Source: Pannonibacter anstelovis (GTDB lineage Bacteria; Pseudomonadota; Alphaproteobacteria; Rhizobiales; Stappiaceae). Taken from it: DNA of 24,000 bases. Positions 1 through 8,893 of this stretch are shown piece after piece (positions within the stretch are counted from its first letter, which is position 1; each line of letters begins with the position of its first letter). The DNA is taken from the NCBI RefSeq assembly GCF_036881715.1, contig NZ_JBAKBF010000004.1, positions 258,694 through 282,693 on the forward strand, written 5' to 3'. Below the pieces are notes generated by a model. It was not told the origin of the DNA. It worked only from the letters and a program-made list of their open reading frames with translations, and did not search any database. Position numbers and translations under genes: made by a program.

Positions 1-489
1 CAGTCCGGGCAGGCCCGCCTGCAGAACCGCGAAACGGTTAAGCCCGTGCATGAGACCGCGTCGGAAGGGCGCAGCGCCAACCCGAACCTCTATGAGACGA
101 CGGCAAGCCAGTTCCTTGCCGATCACGCGCTGTCGGAAGAAGTGTTCGGGCCGCTCGGCCTCGTCGTCCGGGTGGAAACACCTGAAGAGATGCGCCGCAT
201 TGCCCTGAGCTTCCAGGGCCAGCTGACGGCCACGCTGCACATGGATGACGGCGACCTGCCGCTGGCAAAGACGCTGCTGCCGGTGCTGGAGCGCAAGGCC
301 GGGCGCGTGCTCGTGAACGGCTTCCCGACCGGCGTGGAGGTGGTCGATGCCATGGTGCATGGCGGCCCCTATCCGGCCTCGACCAACTTCGGCGCCACCA
401 GCGTCGGCACCATGGCGATCCGGCGCTTCCTGAGGCCGGTCAGCTACCAGAATTTCCCGGCAGGCCTGCTGCCGGAAGGCGTGCTCTAG
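1..489 (+). CDS. Aldehyde dehydrogenase, C-terminal part (5' end outside window); resembles the NADP-dependent 2,5-dioxovalerate / alpha-ketoglutarate-semialdehyde dehydrogenase subgroup
   Basis: Frame 1 is open from the window edge to TAG at 487-489. The translated tail (..EEVFGPLGLVVRVETPEEM..LTATLHMDDGD..GRVLVNGFPTGVEVVDAMVHGGPYPASTN..) matches my memory of the C-terminal region of KGSADH-type ALDHs. High GC3 in this frame. Confidence 0.75.
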   Translation, partial: QSGQARLQNRETVKPVHETASEGRSANPNLYETTASQFLADHALSEEVFGPLGLVVRVETPEEMRRIALSFQGQLTATLHMDDGDLPLAKTLLPVLERKAGRVLVNGFPTGVEVVDAMVHGGPYPASTNFGATSVGTMAIRRFLRPVSYQNFPAGLLPEGVL

Positions 490-503
490 CACCCGGATAT
501 GGC

Positions 504-520
504 GTGCCCCGCCGGGGCAC
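504..520 (+). terminator. GC-rich hairpin just after the aldehyde dehydrogenase stop (GTGCCCC-gcc-GGGGCAC), followed by GTCTTCT
   Basis: A 7-bp perfect stem with a 3-nt loop lies 15 nt after the stop codon. The U-tract is weak and interrupted, so it may be a terminator or an mRNA-stabilising stem. Confidence 0.35.
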
Positions 521-545
521 GTCTTCTACCTGGAGGAGGAAACAC

Positions 546-1526
546 ATGAAACTTTTGCAGTCTTCGAAAACCGCCATTCTCGCCGGCATGGTCCTGGCCG
601 GAGGCATCACCGCCGCCATGGCACAGACCACCCTTACCGTTACCCACTCCTCGCCCGCAGACAGCCACTTTGGCCTTGCGGCTGCCGCCTTCAAGAAGGT
701 GGCTGAGGAAAAATCCGGCGGCACGATCAATGTGGTGATCCAGCGCATGGACAACGAGCGCGAAGCGCTGGAAAGCGTGCAGTTCGGCTCGCAGGAATGT
801 GCCATGGGCTCGGCAGGCCCGCTCGGCAACTTTGTGGCCGAGACCCGGGTCCTTGACGTGCCGTTCCTGTTCGACAGCTATGACCATGCACGCGGTGTTC
901 TGGACTCGGATGTCGGCAGCGAGCTTCTGGCCCTCTTCCCGGCACGCGGCCTCTATGGCGTTGCCTGGCTGGAAAACGGCTTCCGCAACCTGACCACCGG
1001 TAACAAGACCGTCAACTCGCCGGAAGACCTGCGCGGCATGAAGATCCGCACCATGGAAAACCAGGTGCACATGCAGGCCTGGCAGGCTGCCGGCGTTCTG
1101 CCGACGCCAATGGCCTTCTCCGAACTGCCTTCGGCCCTGCAGCAGGGCACGGTAGATGGCCAGGAGAACCCAATCCCGGTGATCCTGTCGAACAACCTCG
1201 ACATGATGCAGAAGCACCTTTACCTGACCCGCCACGTCTATTCGCCGGGCATTTTCGTTTGCAACCCGGACTTCATCGCCGGTCTGACGGAAGAGCAGAA
1301 GGCAGCCGTGGAAGAAGGCGGCAAGGCCGCATCGTCTGCCAACCGCGCAAGGGTGGAGCAGGACGAGACTGCTGGCATCGAGACCCTGCGCACGCGCGGC
1401 ATCGAGGTGGTGGAAGTCGCTGACCGCGACGCCTACCGTCAGGCCATGGCTTCCGCCAATGCCGCGTTTGAAACCCAGTTCGGTGCAGACCTCATCAAGC
1501 GCATCCGGGACTGGAAAGCTCAATGA
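546..1526 (+). CDS. TRAP transporter substrate-binding protein, DctP family
   Basis: ATG at 546 is preceded by GGAGGAGGA. N-terminal signal peptide (MKLLQSSKTAILAGMVLAGGITAAMAQ). DctP-type motifs (..MKIRTMEN.., ..LQQGTVDGQENP..). The ORF-track start at 504 is an upstream extension with no SD. Confidence 0.9.
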   Translation: MKLLQSSKTAILAGMVLAGGITAAMAQTTLTVTHSSPADSHFGLAAAAFKKVAEEKSGGTINVVIQRMDNEREALESVQFGSQECAMGSAGPLGNFVAETRVLDVPFLFDSYDHARGVLDSDVGSELLALFPARGLYGVAWLENGFRNLTTGNKTVNSPEDLRGMKIRTMENQVHMQAWQAAGVLPTPMAFSELPSALQQGTVDGQENPIPVILSNNLDMMQKHLYLTRHVYSPGIFVCNPDFIAGLTEEQKAAVEEGGKAASSANRARVEQDETAGIETLRTRGIEVVEVADRDAYRQAMASANAAFETQFGADLIKRIRDWKAQ

Positions 1527-2014
1527 GTTCAGTGGCGGCACTGATCCGTCGCGCTGACGGACTTGTTGCAGGGGGGGTGGCGGCTGCCGCCTCCCTTGCA
1601 CTGGCCATCGCCGTGGCGTCCAGCTTCTGGCAGGTGATGGGACGTTTCCTGTTCCACACCCCTTCCAGCTGGTCGGAAGCGCTCACACGGCTTGCTCTCG
1701 TCTGGATGGTGCTGCTCGGCATTTCCGTTGCCCTGCGCAAAGGCGCATTGGTTGCAATCGATCTGGCACGGGAGGCCACAACAGGCGGGCTGCGCCGCAG
1801 CATCGAGACCATTACTCTCGTCTCCTGCCTGATCATGTTCGCCACCCTCTTCTGGTTTGGTATCGCCACCGCTCAGCGCGTCCAGATGCAGGAAATGGCC
1901 GGTCTGGAAATTTCCATGGCCTGGGGCTATGCCGCCATTCCGGTTGGATCGCTCTTCGCCGCCCTTGGCGCCATCGTGCATTTCATCCAGTCCGGCAAGG
2001 AGACAGCGCAATGA
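1523..2014 (+). CDS. TRAP transporter small permease, DctQ family
   Basis: 163-aa hydrophobic protein with about 4 predicted TM segments. ATGA overlap with the upstream SBP gene and with the downstream large permease. Canonical P-Q-M order. Confidence 0.85.
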   Translation: MSSVAALIRRADGLVAGGVAAAASLALAIAVASSFWQVMGRFLFHTPSSWSEALTRLALVWMVLLGISVALRKGALVAIDLAREATTGGLRRSIETITLVSCLIMFATLFWFGIATAQRVQMQEMAGLEISMAWGYAAIPVGSLFAALGAIVHFIQSGKETAQ

Positions 2015-3288
2015 CCGGTGCCATTGTCTCCGCGATGCTTGTGCTCTTCGCCATTTCGGTGCCGATCGCAATCTCCATCGGCCTTGCCTCGATGATCGGG
2101 CTTTTTGGCTTCACCACCCTGCCCGCGATCGTCATTCCACAGCAGATCTACATCGCTCTCGACAAGTTTCCGCTGGCGGCCATTCCCTTCTTCATCCTTG
2201 CTGGCAACCTGATGGAAGTCGGCGGCCTTTCGCGCCGTCTTGTCGAGTTTGCCCGTGCCTTCGTCGGCCGGATCCAGGGCGGTCTCGCAGCCACCTGCGT
2301 CGTCACCTGCATGCTGTTTTCGGCCATTTCCGGTTCGAGCGTTGCAACGACCTTCGCCGTAGGTGTCGTGCTCATTCCCGCCATGCGGAAGTTCGGCTAT
2401 CCGGTGGGCTTCGTCGCAGCCCTCATGGCCACCTCGGCAGAACTGGGCGTCATCATCCCGCCGTCGATTCCGATGATCCTGTACGGCGTCGCCACACAGA
2501 CCTCGATCCCGGAACTCTTCCTCGCAGGCATCCTGCCCGGTCTGATGATCGCGGGCGCCCTGCTGCTGACTGCTCTCGTCTGGTGCCGTGTCCAGGGATG
2601 GGGCAAACGTGACGGAGAGGGCAGCCTGCCGAAGCTGACAGCAACCCGCCGCGCCATCTGGGCCCTGCTGATGCCGGTGCTGATCATGGGTGGTATCTAT
2701 GGCGGCGTCACCACGCCGACCGAGGCCAGCGTCATCGCCGTCATCTATGCCATGGTGGTGGGCCTGTTCCTGCACCGGGAGATGACATGGACGGATCTCA
2801 TCAACGCCTTCCGCAAGTCGGTCGTCACCTCCGCCGTCATCATGTTCATCATCGGCACCGCCAGCCTGATGGGCTACCTGCTCAACCGGCAAGGCGTGCC
2901 CGATGCTGCCGCGCTGTGGCTGACGAACACCTTTGATGGTCCCGTGTCACTGATGCTGGCCATCAACGCCATGCTCTTCGTCATCGGCATGTTCATCGAG
3001 ACGGGCGCAAGCATCATCGTTCTGGCACCGATCCTTCAGGATGCAGCCGCCCGCGTTGGGATTGCGCCAGTGCACTTCGGAACCGTGATGGTGGTGAACC
3101 TCGCCCTCGGCATGATCACGCCGCCGCTCGGGGTCAATCTCTTCGCCGCCGCACAGATCGCCGGGTGCTCGGTGACGCAGATGCTGAAGCCGCTGATGGT
3201 CTTCGTCGGCGTCATCGTGCTGTGCCTGCTCGTGATCTCCTTCGTCCCTGCCGTCAGCATGACGCTGCCGTCCCTGATCGGACGCTGA
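2011..3288 (+). CDS. TRAP transporter large permease, DctM family
   Basis: 425-aa polytopic membrane protein of typical DctM length and sequence style (..FFILAGNLME.GG.., ..PPS.PMI.YG.., ..GMITPP.G.NLF..). ATGA-overlapped with dctQ. Confidence 0.9.
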   Translation: MTGAIVSAMLVLFAISVPIAISIGLASMIGLFGFTTLPAIVIPQQIYIALDKFPLAAIPFFILAGNLMEVGGLSRRLVEFARAFVGRIQGGLAATCVVTCMLFSAISGSSVATTFAVGVVLIPAMRKFGYPVGFVAALMATSAELGVIIPPSIPMILYGVATQTSIPELFLAGILPGLMIAGALLLTALVWCRVQGWGKRDGEGSLPKLTATRRAIWALLMPVLIMGGIYGGVTTPTEASVIAVIYAMVVGLFLHREMTWTDLINAFRKSVVTSAVIMFIIGTASLMGYLLNRQGVPDAAALWLTNTFDGPVSLMLAINAMLFVIGMFIETGASIIVLAPILQDAAARVGIAPVHFGTVMVVNLALGMITPPLGVNLFAAAQIAGCSVTQMLKPLMVFVGVIVLCLLVISFVPAVSMTLPSLIGR

Positions 3289-3303
3289 ACACCTGCCAAA
3301 CAC

Positions 3304-3327
3304 GCCTGCCCCGGCTTCGGGGCAGGC
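3304..3327 (+). terminator. Perfect 10-bp GC-rich hairpin (GCCTGCCCCG-gctt-CGGGGCAGGC) between the TRAP large permease gene and dld
   Basis: Read directly from the sequence. It lies 16 nt after the dctM-like stop. There is no U-tract after it, so it may be a partial terminator or a processing/stability element rather than a strong intrinsic terminator. Confidence 0.4.
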
Positions 3328-3359
3328 CGGATTGCTCACATCTTGAAGAGTTTGCCCAC

Positions 3360-5045
3360 ATGACCGGCTCCCTGATCCAACAGCTGCAGGATATCGTTGG
3401 CCGCCGCTATGTTCACACCGGCGCCCGGGGCACCCGGCGCTTCCGCAGGGGCTACCGCTATGGCGACGGCGAGATTCTGGCCGCAGTCGAGCCCGGCACG
3501 CTGGTGGAACAGTGGCGTGTGCTGGAGGCCTGCGTCGCTGCAGACGTTGCCATCATCTTTCAGGCGGCGAACACGGGGCTGACCGGCGGCTCCACGCCTT
3601 TCGGGGATGGTTATGACCGCCCCATCGTCATCATTTCCACCCTGCGCAACAGGCGCATTGACCTTCTCGACCACGGGCGGCAGGTGCTGTGCATGCCGGG
3701 CGCAACGCTCGATCAGCTGGAACGCATGCTGAAGCCCCTCGGCCGGGAACCGCATTCGGTCATCGGCTCCAGCTGCATCGGCGCATCGGTGACGGGGGGC
3801 ATCTGCAACAACTCCGGCGGCTCGCTGGTGCAGCGCGGCCCGGCCTATACCCAGCTGTCCCTGTTTGCACAGGTCGATGCGCAGGGCCGGCTGCACCTCG
3901 TCAATCACCTCGGCATCCGCCTTGGCGGCCAGCCGCTGGACATCCTCACCCGGCTGGATGCGGGCAGTTACACCGAGGCGGACGTGGATTTTCCGCAAGG
4001 GGCACAGGCTTCCGACATCGAATACAAGGACCATGTGCGCGATATTACCGCCCACACGCCCGCCCGCTTCAACGCCGATCCGCGCCGCCACTATGAGGCG
4101 TCAGGTTCGGCCGGCAAGATCGGCGTCTTTGCCGTTCGGCTGGATACCTTCGCGGTGGCTAAAGAGGAAAAGGTCTTCTACATCGGCACCAGCGACCCGG
4201 CTGAGCTGCAGGCCATCCGGCGGCATATTCTGGCAAACTTCAAGAACCTGCCCATTGCCGGGGAATACATGCATGCGGACGCCTTCCGTGCGGCACAGGT
4301 CTGGGGCAAGGATCTCTATCTCTTCATCCGCACCTTCGGCACCGTCAACGTGCCCCGCGCATTTGCGGCCAAGAGCTGGTTCGACGGCCTGACGGAGCGC
4401 TTCGGCCTCGGCAAGGCTGTGTCCGATCACCTGCTGCAATTCGCCAGCCGCTTCCTGCCAGAACAGATGCCAAAACGGCTGATCGACTGCCGTGACACCT
4501 ATCCGCATCATCTGATGATCCGGGCAGGCGATGGCTGCATCTCCGAGACGCGGGACTACCTCGCTTCCCTCTTTCCCAGCAAGGCGGGCAACTTCATCGA
4601 ATGCACGGAGGCCGAAGGCAAGGCCGCCTTCCTCAACCGCTTCACCGTGGGCAGCGCCGTGGTGCGCTACCGGGCGGTGCATAGCCGCACGGTGGAGGAT
4701 ATCGTTGCCCTCGACGTTGCCCTGCCGCGTGACACCATCGACTGGTTCGAGACCCTGCCGGATGAGATTTCGGACAAGATGGCGCTAAAGATCTATGTCG
4801 GCCACTTCCTCTGCCACGTCATGCATCAGGAGTATCTGGTGAAGAAGGGTGTGGACTGCGAAGCGCTGGAGCACGAGATCTGCGCCCTGCTGGACGCGCG
4901 CGGCGCGGAATATCCGGCCGAGCACAATGTCGGCCATCTCTATGAGGCAAAGCCCGCGCTGCAGGACTTCTACCGCAGCCTCGACCCCACCAACACCTTC
5001 AACCCCGGCATCGGCAAAACCTCAAAGTGCCGCCACTGGCACTAG
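3360..5045 (+). CDS. dld: Quinone-dependent FAD D-lactate dehydrogenase (Dld family)
   Basis: Collinear with E. coli Dld as I remember it: ..QAANTGLTGGSTP.., ..REPHSVIGSSCIGASVTGGICNNSGGSLVQRGPAYT.., ..FAVRLDTF.., ..RRHILANF.NLP.AGEYMH.., ..YPAEHNVGHLY.., C-terminal ..DPTN..NPGIGKTSK. The ATG at 3360 gives a Dld-like N-terminus. The ORF-track start at 3165 overlaps dctM and is rejected. Confidence 0.92.
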   Translation: MTGSLIQQLQDIVGRRYVHTGARGTRRFRRGYRYGDGEILAAVEPGTLVEQWRVLEACVAADVAIIFQAANTGLTGGSTPFGDGYDRPIVIISTLRNRRIDLLDHGRQVLCMPGATLDQLERMLKPLGREPHSVIGSSCIGASVTGGICNNSGGSLVQRGPAYTQLSLFAQVDAQGRLHLVNHLGIRLGGQPLDILTRLDAGSYTEADVDFPQGAQASDIEYKDHVRDITAHTPARFNADPRRHYEASGSAGKIGVFAVRLDTFAVAKEEKVFYIGTSDPAELQAIRRHILANFKNLPIAGEYMHADAFRAAQVWGKDLYLFIRTFGTVNVPRAFAAKSWFDGLTERFGLGKAVSDHLLQFASRFLPEQMPKRLIDCRDTYPHHLMIRAGDGCISETRDYLASLFPSKAGNFIECTEAEGKAAFLNRFTVGSAVVRYRAVHSRTVEDIVALDVALPRDTIDWFETLPDEISDKMALKIYVGHFLCHVMHQEYLVKKGVDCEALEHEICALLDARGAEYPAEHNVGHLYEAKPALQDFYRSLDPTNTFNPGIGKTSKCRHWH

Positions 5046-5218
5046 GCCTCAATTGAATGCGGCAGGGCGGCGCCCCGCCCGCCGGAAATTTGGCTGAATG
5101 GTCCCAATCAGCATTTTCTGCGTCCTCTGCGATGCAACACTACGCCGCAAAAGGAGAGGCCGCCTTCTGCTGCAGGAGTGCGGTCTTCGGCAAGGCTGAT
5201 TGCTCCGGGCAGGACCGC

Positions 5219-6214
5219 ATGATGAAGACACTGCTGCTTACGAAGGAAGACGTCAAAGGCCTGATCACGATGGCCGAGGTCATCGGCGCCGTGGAGGATG
5301 CCTACAAGACCTTCAGCAGCGGACTGGTGCAGCAGCCCGGTTACATGGGCCTGCATCTGCCTGCCCCGCGCGGAGAGATCGACTTCAAGGCAGGATACAA
5401 TCAGGCCAATGAAACCATCACGCTGAAAGCCTCCTCTGGCGGCTTCCCGCATAACATGGCAGAGCACGGCGTGCCCAGCGGTATGGGAACCGTTCTCCTG
5501 TTTGATGCCAGAAGCTGCGCGCTGGCCTGCGTCATGGATGGAAGCCTTCTCACTGGGCTCAGAACGGGCGCATCGGGCGCCGTCTCCGTGAAGACGCTGG
5601 CGCGCAAGAATGCCCGGACGGTGACGGTGATCGGCACCGGCAATCAGGCCAGGATGCAGATCCGCGCCATCCGCGAAGTGATGACGATTGGTGAGATCCA
5701 CGCCTGGTGCCGGACACCGGAAAAGCTCGCTGCCTTCAAGGACGAGATCGAGCAGGCGTTTGGCATCCCCGTCACCGCTGCCGCTTGCGCCAGAGACGCC
5801 GTGGCAGCGGCCGACATCCTGATCACGGTGACCCGGGGTACGGGGCCAGTGGTGGAAGCGGGCTGGGTGAAGCCCGGAACCCACATCATCGCCATCGGCA
5901 CGGATCAGCACGGCAAGCAGGAATTCGAGCCTGAGATTTTCCGCGGCGCCCGGATCGTGGTGGACTCCCTCTCCCAGTGCATCAGCAAGGGCGAAACCTG
6001 GCATCCGCTGAATGCGGGCATCATCACGCAGGAGCAGATCCACGGCGAGATCGGCGAAATCCTGCTGGGGCACAAGCCGGGCCGCGAGCGGGATGACGAA
6101 ATCACCATTTTCGATTCCACCGGCATGGCAATTCAGGACAATACGGCCGCCCGGAAGATCTATGACAACGCCGTCGCACGCAATGCCGGCACCTGGTTCA
6201 GCTTCTTCCAGTAA
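5219..6214 (+). CDS. Ornithine cyclodeaminase / mu-crystallin family NAD(P)-dependent enzyme (substrate unknown)
   Basis: N-terminus [15 protein letters not shown].. and the motifs ..LTGLRTGA.. and ..[14 protein letters not shown].. (Rossmann) are typical of the OCD/mu-crystallin family. ATG at 5219 is preceded by AGGA. Confidence 0.85.
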   Translation: MMKTLLLTKEDVKGLITMAEVIGAVEDAYKTFSSGLVQQPGYMGLHLPAPRGEIDFKAGYNQANETITLKASSGGFPHNMAEHGVPSGMGTVLLFDARSCALACVMDGSLLTGLRTGASGAVSVKTLARKNARTVTVIGTGNQARMQIRAIREVMTIGEIHAWCRTPEKLAAFKDEIEQAFGIPVTAAACARDAVAAADILITVTRGTGPVVEAGWVKPGTHIIAIGTDQHGKQEFEPEIFRGARIVVDSLSQCISKGETWHPLNAGIITQEQIHGEIGEILLGHKPGRERDDEITIFDSTGMAIQDNTAARKIYDNAVARNAGTWFSFFQ

Positions 6215-6257
6215 TCTATATCCTCCGCCCTCCGGACTGTCAGAAGGCCACCCCAGC

Positions 6258-7226
6258 ATGCGCAACTACCCGACGCTCCAGGATATCCACGACGCAAGAG
6301 AGCGGGTGAAGCCGCATATCCGCCACACCCCGCTGCTGCGGGCGGACAAGATCGAGAAAAGGCTGGGCTGCGAACTCCACCTCAAGCCGGAAACCCTTCA
6401 GGTCACAGGCGCCTTCAAGATCCGGGGTGCCCTGAACAAAGTTCTGTCGCTGCCACGGGAGGAAACCGCGAAGGGCCTCATCTCCAGTTCGTCGGGCAAC
6501 CATGCCCAGGCACTGGCCTATGTGGCAAAGATGCTGGGCGTGAAGGTGGTTCTGGTCCTGCCGGTGACAACTCCCAAGCTGAAGATCACCAACACTGAGG
6601 CTCTGGGCGCTGAAGTCATCCTGTTTGACGGGGACAATGCCTCCCGCTGGAAGCAGGTCTACGACATCGCGGAGCGCAACAATTACACTGTCGTGCACGG
6701 CTTCGAGGATCCGCTGGTGATGGCCGGCCAGGGGACGATGGCCTGCGAGATCCTTGAGGATCTGCCGGATGTCAGCACAGTCATCGTGCCGGTGGGCGGC
6801 GGCGGTCTCATCTCGGGCGTGGCGACCGCGTTCAAGGAACTCAAGCCTTCAGTGCGGGTCATCGGCGCCGAGCCCGCCCTGACCCCGAAATATTACCACA
6901 GCCGCCTGAACGGTGAGCCCACCTCCCTGCCGCTTCTGGACACCATCGCAGACGGCCTGCGGATCAGCGTTCCGGGCCGCAACCCCTATCCCATTATCGA
7001 GAGATACGTCGACGAGATTGTCCTCGTCGAAGACGCGCACATCGTCGAGGGCATGCAGGTGCTGGCAAGGGATGCAAAACTGATTGCAGAACCCGCTGCC
7101 TCCATCGGCATCGGCGCCCTGCTCGCCGGATCTATCAGCCTGACGCCGGGTGAAAAGGTCTGCGCCATCCTCACCGGCGGCAACTGGGATCTGAGCAGCC
7201 TCGCGGACGTCTACAACAGGCTCTGA
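6258..7226 (+). CDS. Fold-type II PLP enzyme of the threonine/serine dehydratase - serine racemase - 3-hydroxyaspartate ammonia-lyase group
   Basis: PLP-lysine motif ..TGAFKIRGA.., ..SSGNHAQA.., and a glycine-rich phosphate loop ..VPVGGGGLISG... About 322 aa with no C-terminal ACT regulatory domain. Confidence 0.85.
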   Translation: MRNYPTLQDIHDARERVKPHIRHTPLLRADKIEKRLGCELHLKPETLQVTGAFKIRGALNKVLSLPREETAKGLISSSSGNHAQALAYVAKMLGVKVVLVLPVTTPKLKITNTEALGAEVILFDGDNASRWKQVYDIAERNNYTVVHGFEDPLVMAGQGTMACEILEDLPDVSTVIVPVGGGGLISGVATAFKELKPSVRVIGAEPALTPKYYHSRLNGEPTSLPLLDTIADGLRISVPGRNPYPIIERYVDEIVLVEDAHIVEGMQVLARDAKLIAEPAASIGIGALLAGSISLTPGEKVCAILTGGNWDLSSLADVYNRL

Positions 7227-7378
7227 CCCTTGAGACTGGCCACGGCTGACCGGGCTGCCAATGCGGCGCCCGGAGTTCGCTGCAGCTGAAAACCAAGACG
7301 TGATGCACCGGCCCAGGAAACCCTGATAGAATTGTGGCTGACCCGAATTTCGAGCGCCGCATTTTTTGAAGGATCTCC

Positions 7379-8893
7379 ATGGCATTGGCTGGCAAAGAGG
7401 CGGTGGCAGCCGGGAGCGGCTGGACGAAGCCGAAACGATTCGACCGCAATCTGATCGTGATTGGCGCAGGGGCTGCCGGGCTGGTGTCTTCCTATATTGC
7501 GGCAGCGGCAAAGGCGAAGGTTACGCTTGTCGAGGCACACAAGATGGGGGGCGATTGCCTCAACTTCGGCTGCGTCCCCTCGAAGGCACTGATCCGGAGC
7601 GCAAAGGCCGCCCATCAGATGCGCCACGCAGACCGCTACGGCCTTGAGGCAGTTGAGCCCAAGGTGCCCTTTGCCCGCGTGATGGAACGCGTGCACCAGG
7701 TGATCGCCGCAATCGAACCCCATGACAGCATCGAGCGCTACACCGGCCTCGGCGTCGAGGTGCTGCAAGGCTATGCAAGGCTTGTCGATCCGTGGACGGT
7801 CGAGATCGCCCTGAACGGCGGCGGAACACAGCGGCTGACCACGCGCGCCATCATCCTTGCCACCGGCGCGCAGCCCTTCGTGCCGCCCATCCCCGGCCTC
7901 GACAAAACCGGCTATCTCACGTCCGATACCTTGTGGGAGAAGCTGCGCGGCAGGGAGGAAGCGCCCAAGCGCCTGGCCGTGCTTGGCGGCGGACCGATCG
8001 GCTGCGAGCTGGCACAAAGCTTCGCCCGGCTTGGCTCCATCGTGACTCAGATCGAAATGGCGCCCCGCCTGATGATGCGCGAGGACGAGGATGCAAGCGC
8101 ACTGGTCACGGCCTCGCTGCAAGCCGATGGCGTTACGGTTCTGACCGGCCACAAGGCAGCGGCCTGCGGCGTGGAGGACACCGGGGAGAAGTGGATCGAG
8201 GTGGAGCATGCAGGCGGCAAAAAGCGCGTCATCTTTGACGACTTGATCGTCGCCGTGGGCCGCGCACCGCGCCTCAAGGGCTTCGGGCTGGAAGAGCTCG
8301 GCATCAGGGCGGAAAGGGTTGTGGAGACCAATGAATACCTCCAGACGCTCCACCCAAACATTCTGGCGGCAGGTGACGTAGCGGGCCCTTATCAGTTCAC
8401 CCATGTGGCGGGGCATCAGGCCTGGTTTGCGGCCATCAATGCCCTGTTTGGGGATTTCAAGCGCCTCAAGGCCGATTACAGCATCATTCCCTGGGCGACA
8501 TTCACCGACCCGGAAGTCGCCCGGGTGGGGCTATCCGAAGCCGAGGCGAAGGCGCAGAACATCCCCTATGAAGTAACGCGTTACGGGCTGGATGATCTCG
8601 ACCGGGCGATTGCCGACGGCTCAGCCCATGGTTTCGTCAAGGTGCTGACGGTGCCTGGCAAGGACAGAATCCTTGGCGTCACCATTGCCGGGGAGCATGC
8701 CGGTGACCTCTTGGCGGAATTCGTCTTTGCCATGAAACATGGGCATGGGCTCGGCAAGATTCTCGGCACGATTCATATCTACCCGACACTGGCGGAGGCC
8801 GGAAAGATGACGGCGGGCCAATGGCGGCGCAACCATGTCAACGGCTTCCTGCTGTCTCTTCTGGAGCGCTTCCACACCTGGAGGCGCGGATGA
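7379..8893 (+). CDS. Class I pyridine-nucleotide-disulfide oxidoreductase (dihydrolipoyl dehydrogenase / mercuric-reductase-like family; physiological substrate unknown)
   Basis: AAGGA lies 6 nt before the ATG. FAD GxGxxG (VIGAGAAGL). Redox-active disulfide motif GGDCLNFGCVPSK (Cys60/Cys65). Second Rossmann fold (VLGGGPIGCE). ..AAGDVAG... C-terminal dimerisation motif HIYPTLAE, with Tyr where lipoamide dehydrogenase/glutathione reductase carry the catalytic His. Confidence 0.88.
   Translation: MALAGKEAVAAGSGWTKPKRFDRNLIVIGAGAAGLVSSYIAAAAKAKVTLVEAHKMGGDCLNFGCVPSKALIRSAKAAHQMRHADRYGLEAVEPKVPFARVMERVHQVIAAIEPHDSIERYTGLGVEVLQGYARLVDPWTVEIALNGGGTQRLTTRAIILATGAQPFVPPIPGLDKTGYLTSDTLWEKLRGREEAPKRLAVLGGGPIGCELAQSFARLGSIVTQIEMAPRLMMREDEDASALVTASLQADGVTVLTGHKAAACGVEDTGEKWIEVEHAGGKKRVIFDDLIVAVGRAPRLKGFGLEELGIRAERVVETNEYLQTLHPNILAAGDVAGPYQFTHVAGHQAWFAAINALFGDFKRLKADYSIIPWATFTDPEVARVGLSEAEAKAQNIPYEVTRYGLDDLDRAIADGSAHGFVKVLTVPGKDRILGVTIAGEHAGDLLAEFVFAMKHGHGLGKILGTIHIYPTLAEAGKMTAGQWRRNHVNGFLLSLLERFHTWRRG

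Noticed and set aside
486-1601. 371-codon minus-strand ORF opposite the TRAP substrate-binding gene. There are similar ones at 5108-6265 (385 aa, opposite the OCD-family gene) and 7211-8416 (401 aa, opposite the flavoprotein gene).
   Set aside because: All are antisense to genes with strong family motifs and have implausible Arg/Gly/Ala/His-rich composition with no motifs. They are high-GC shadow ORFs.
3165-3359. ORF-track start of the Dld ORF at 3165, 65 codons upstream and overlapping dctM by 124 nt.
   Set aside because: The extension is Arg/Asp/Ala-rich, runs through the dctM 3' end and the strong hairpin at 3304-3327, and has no counterpart in Dld proteins. The ATG at 3360 gives a Dld-like N-terminus.
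5105-5202. 8-bp inverted repeat CAATCAGC ... GCTGATTG flanking about 80 nt of the dld/OCD intergenic region, plus an AAGGAG with no start codon after it. Considered as a possible structured leader or riboswitch.
   Set aside because: The arms are short and do not extend, and I see no known riboswitch core. An 8-bp inverted repeat at this spacing is expected by chance in 24 kb.
5219-7226. OCD-like plus PLP-enzyme pair as an SbnB/SbnA-type L-2,3-diaminopropionate synthase, which would imply a siderophore or antibiotic precursor.
   Set aside because: SbnA-type enzymes are cysteine-synthase-like. This PLP enzyme has the threonine-dehydratase/serine-racemase lysine motif (GAFKIRGA, SSGNHAQA). No siderophore or NRPS genes are adjacent.
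7379-8893. Possible mercuric reductase (merA) or mercury-resistance determinant.
   Set aside because: There is no merR/merT/merP nearby, no N-terminal heavy-metal-binding domain and no C-terminal Cys-Cys pair. Only the core fold and the Tyr-for-His feature are MerA-like.
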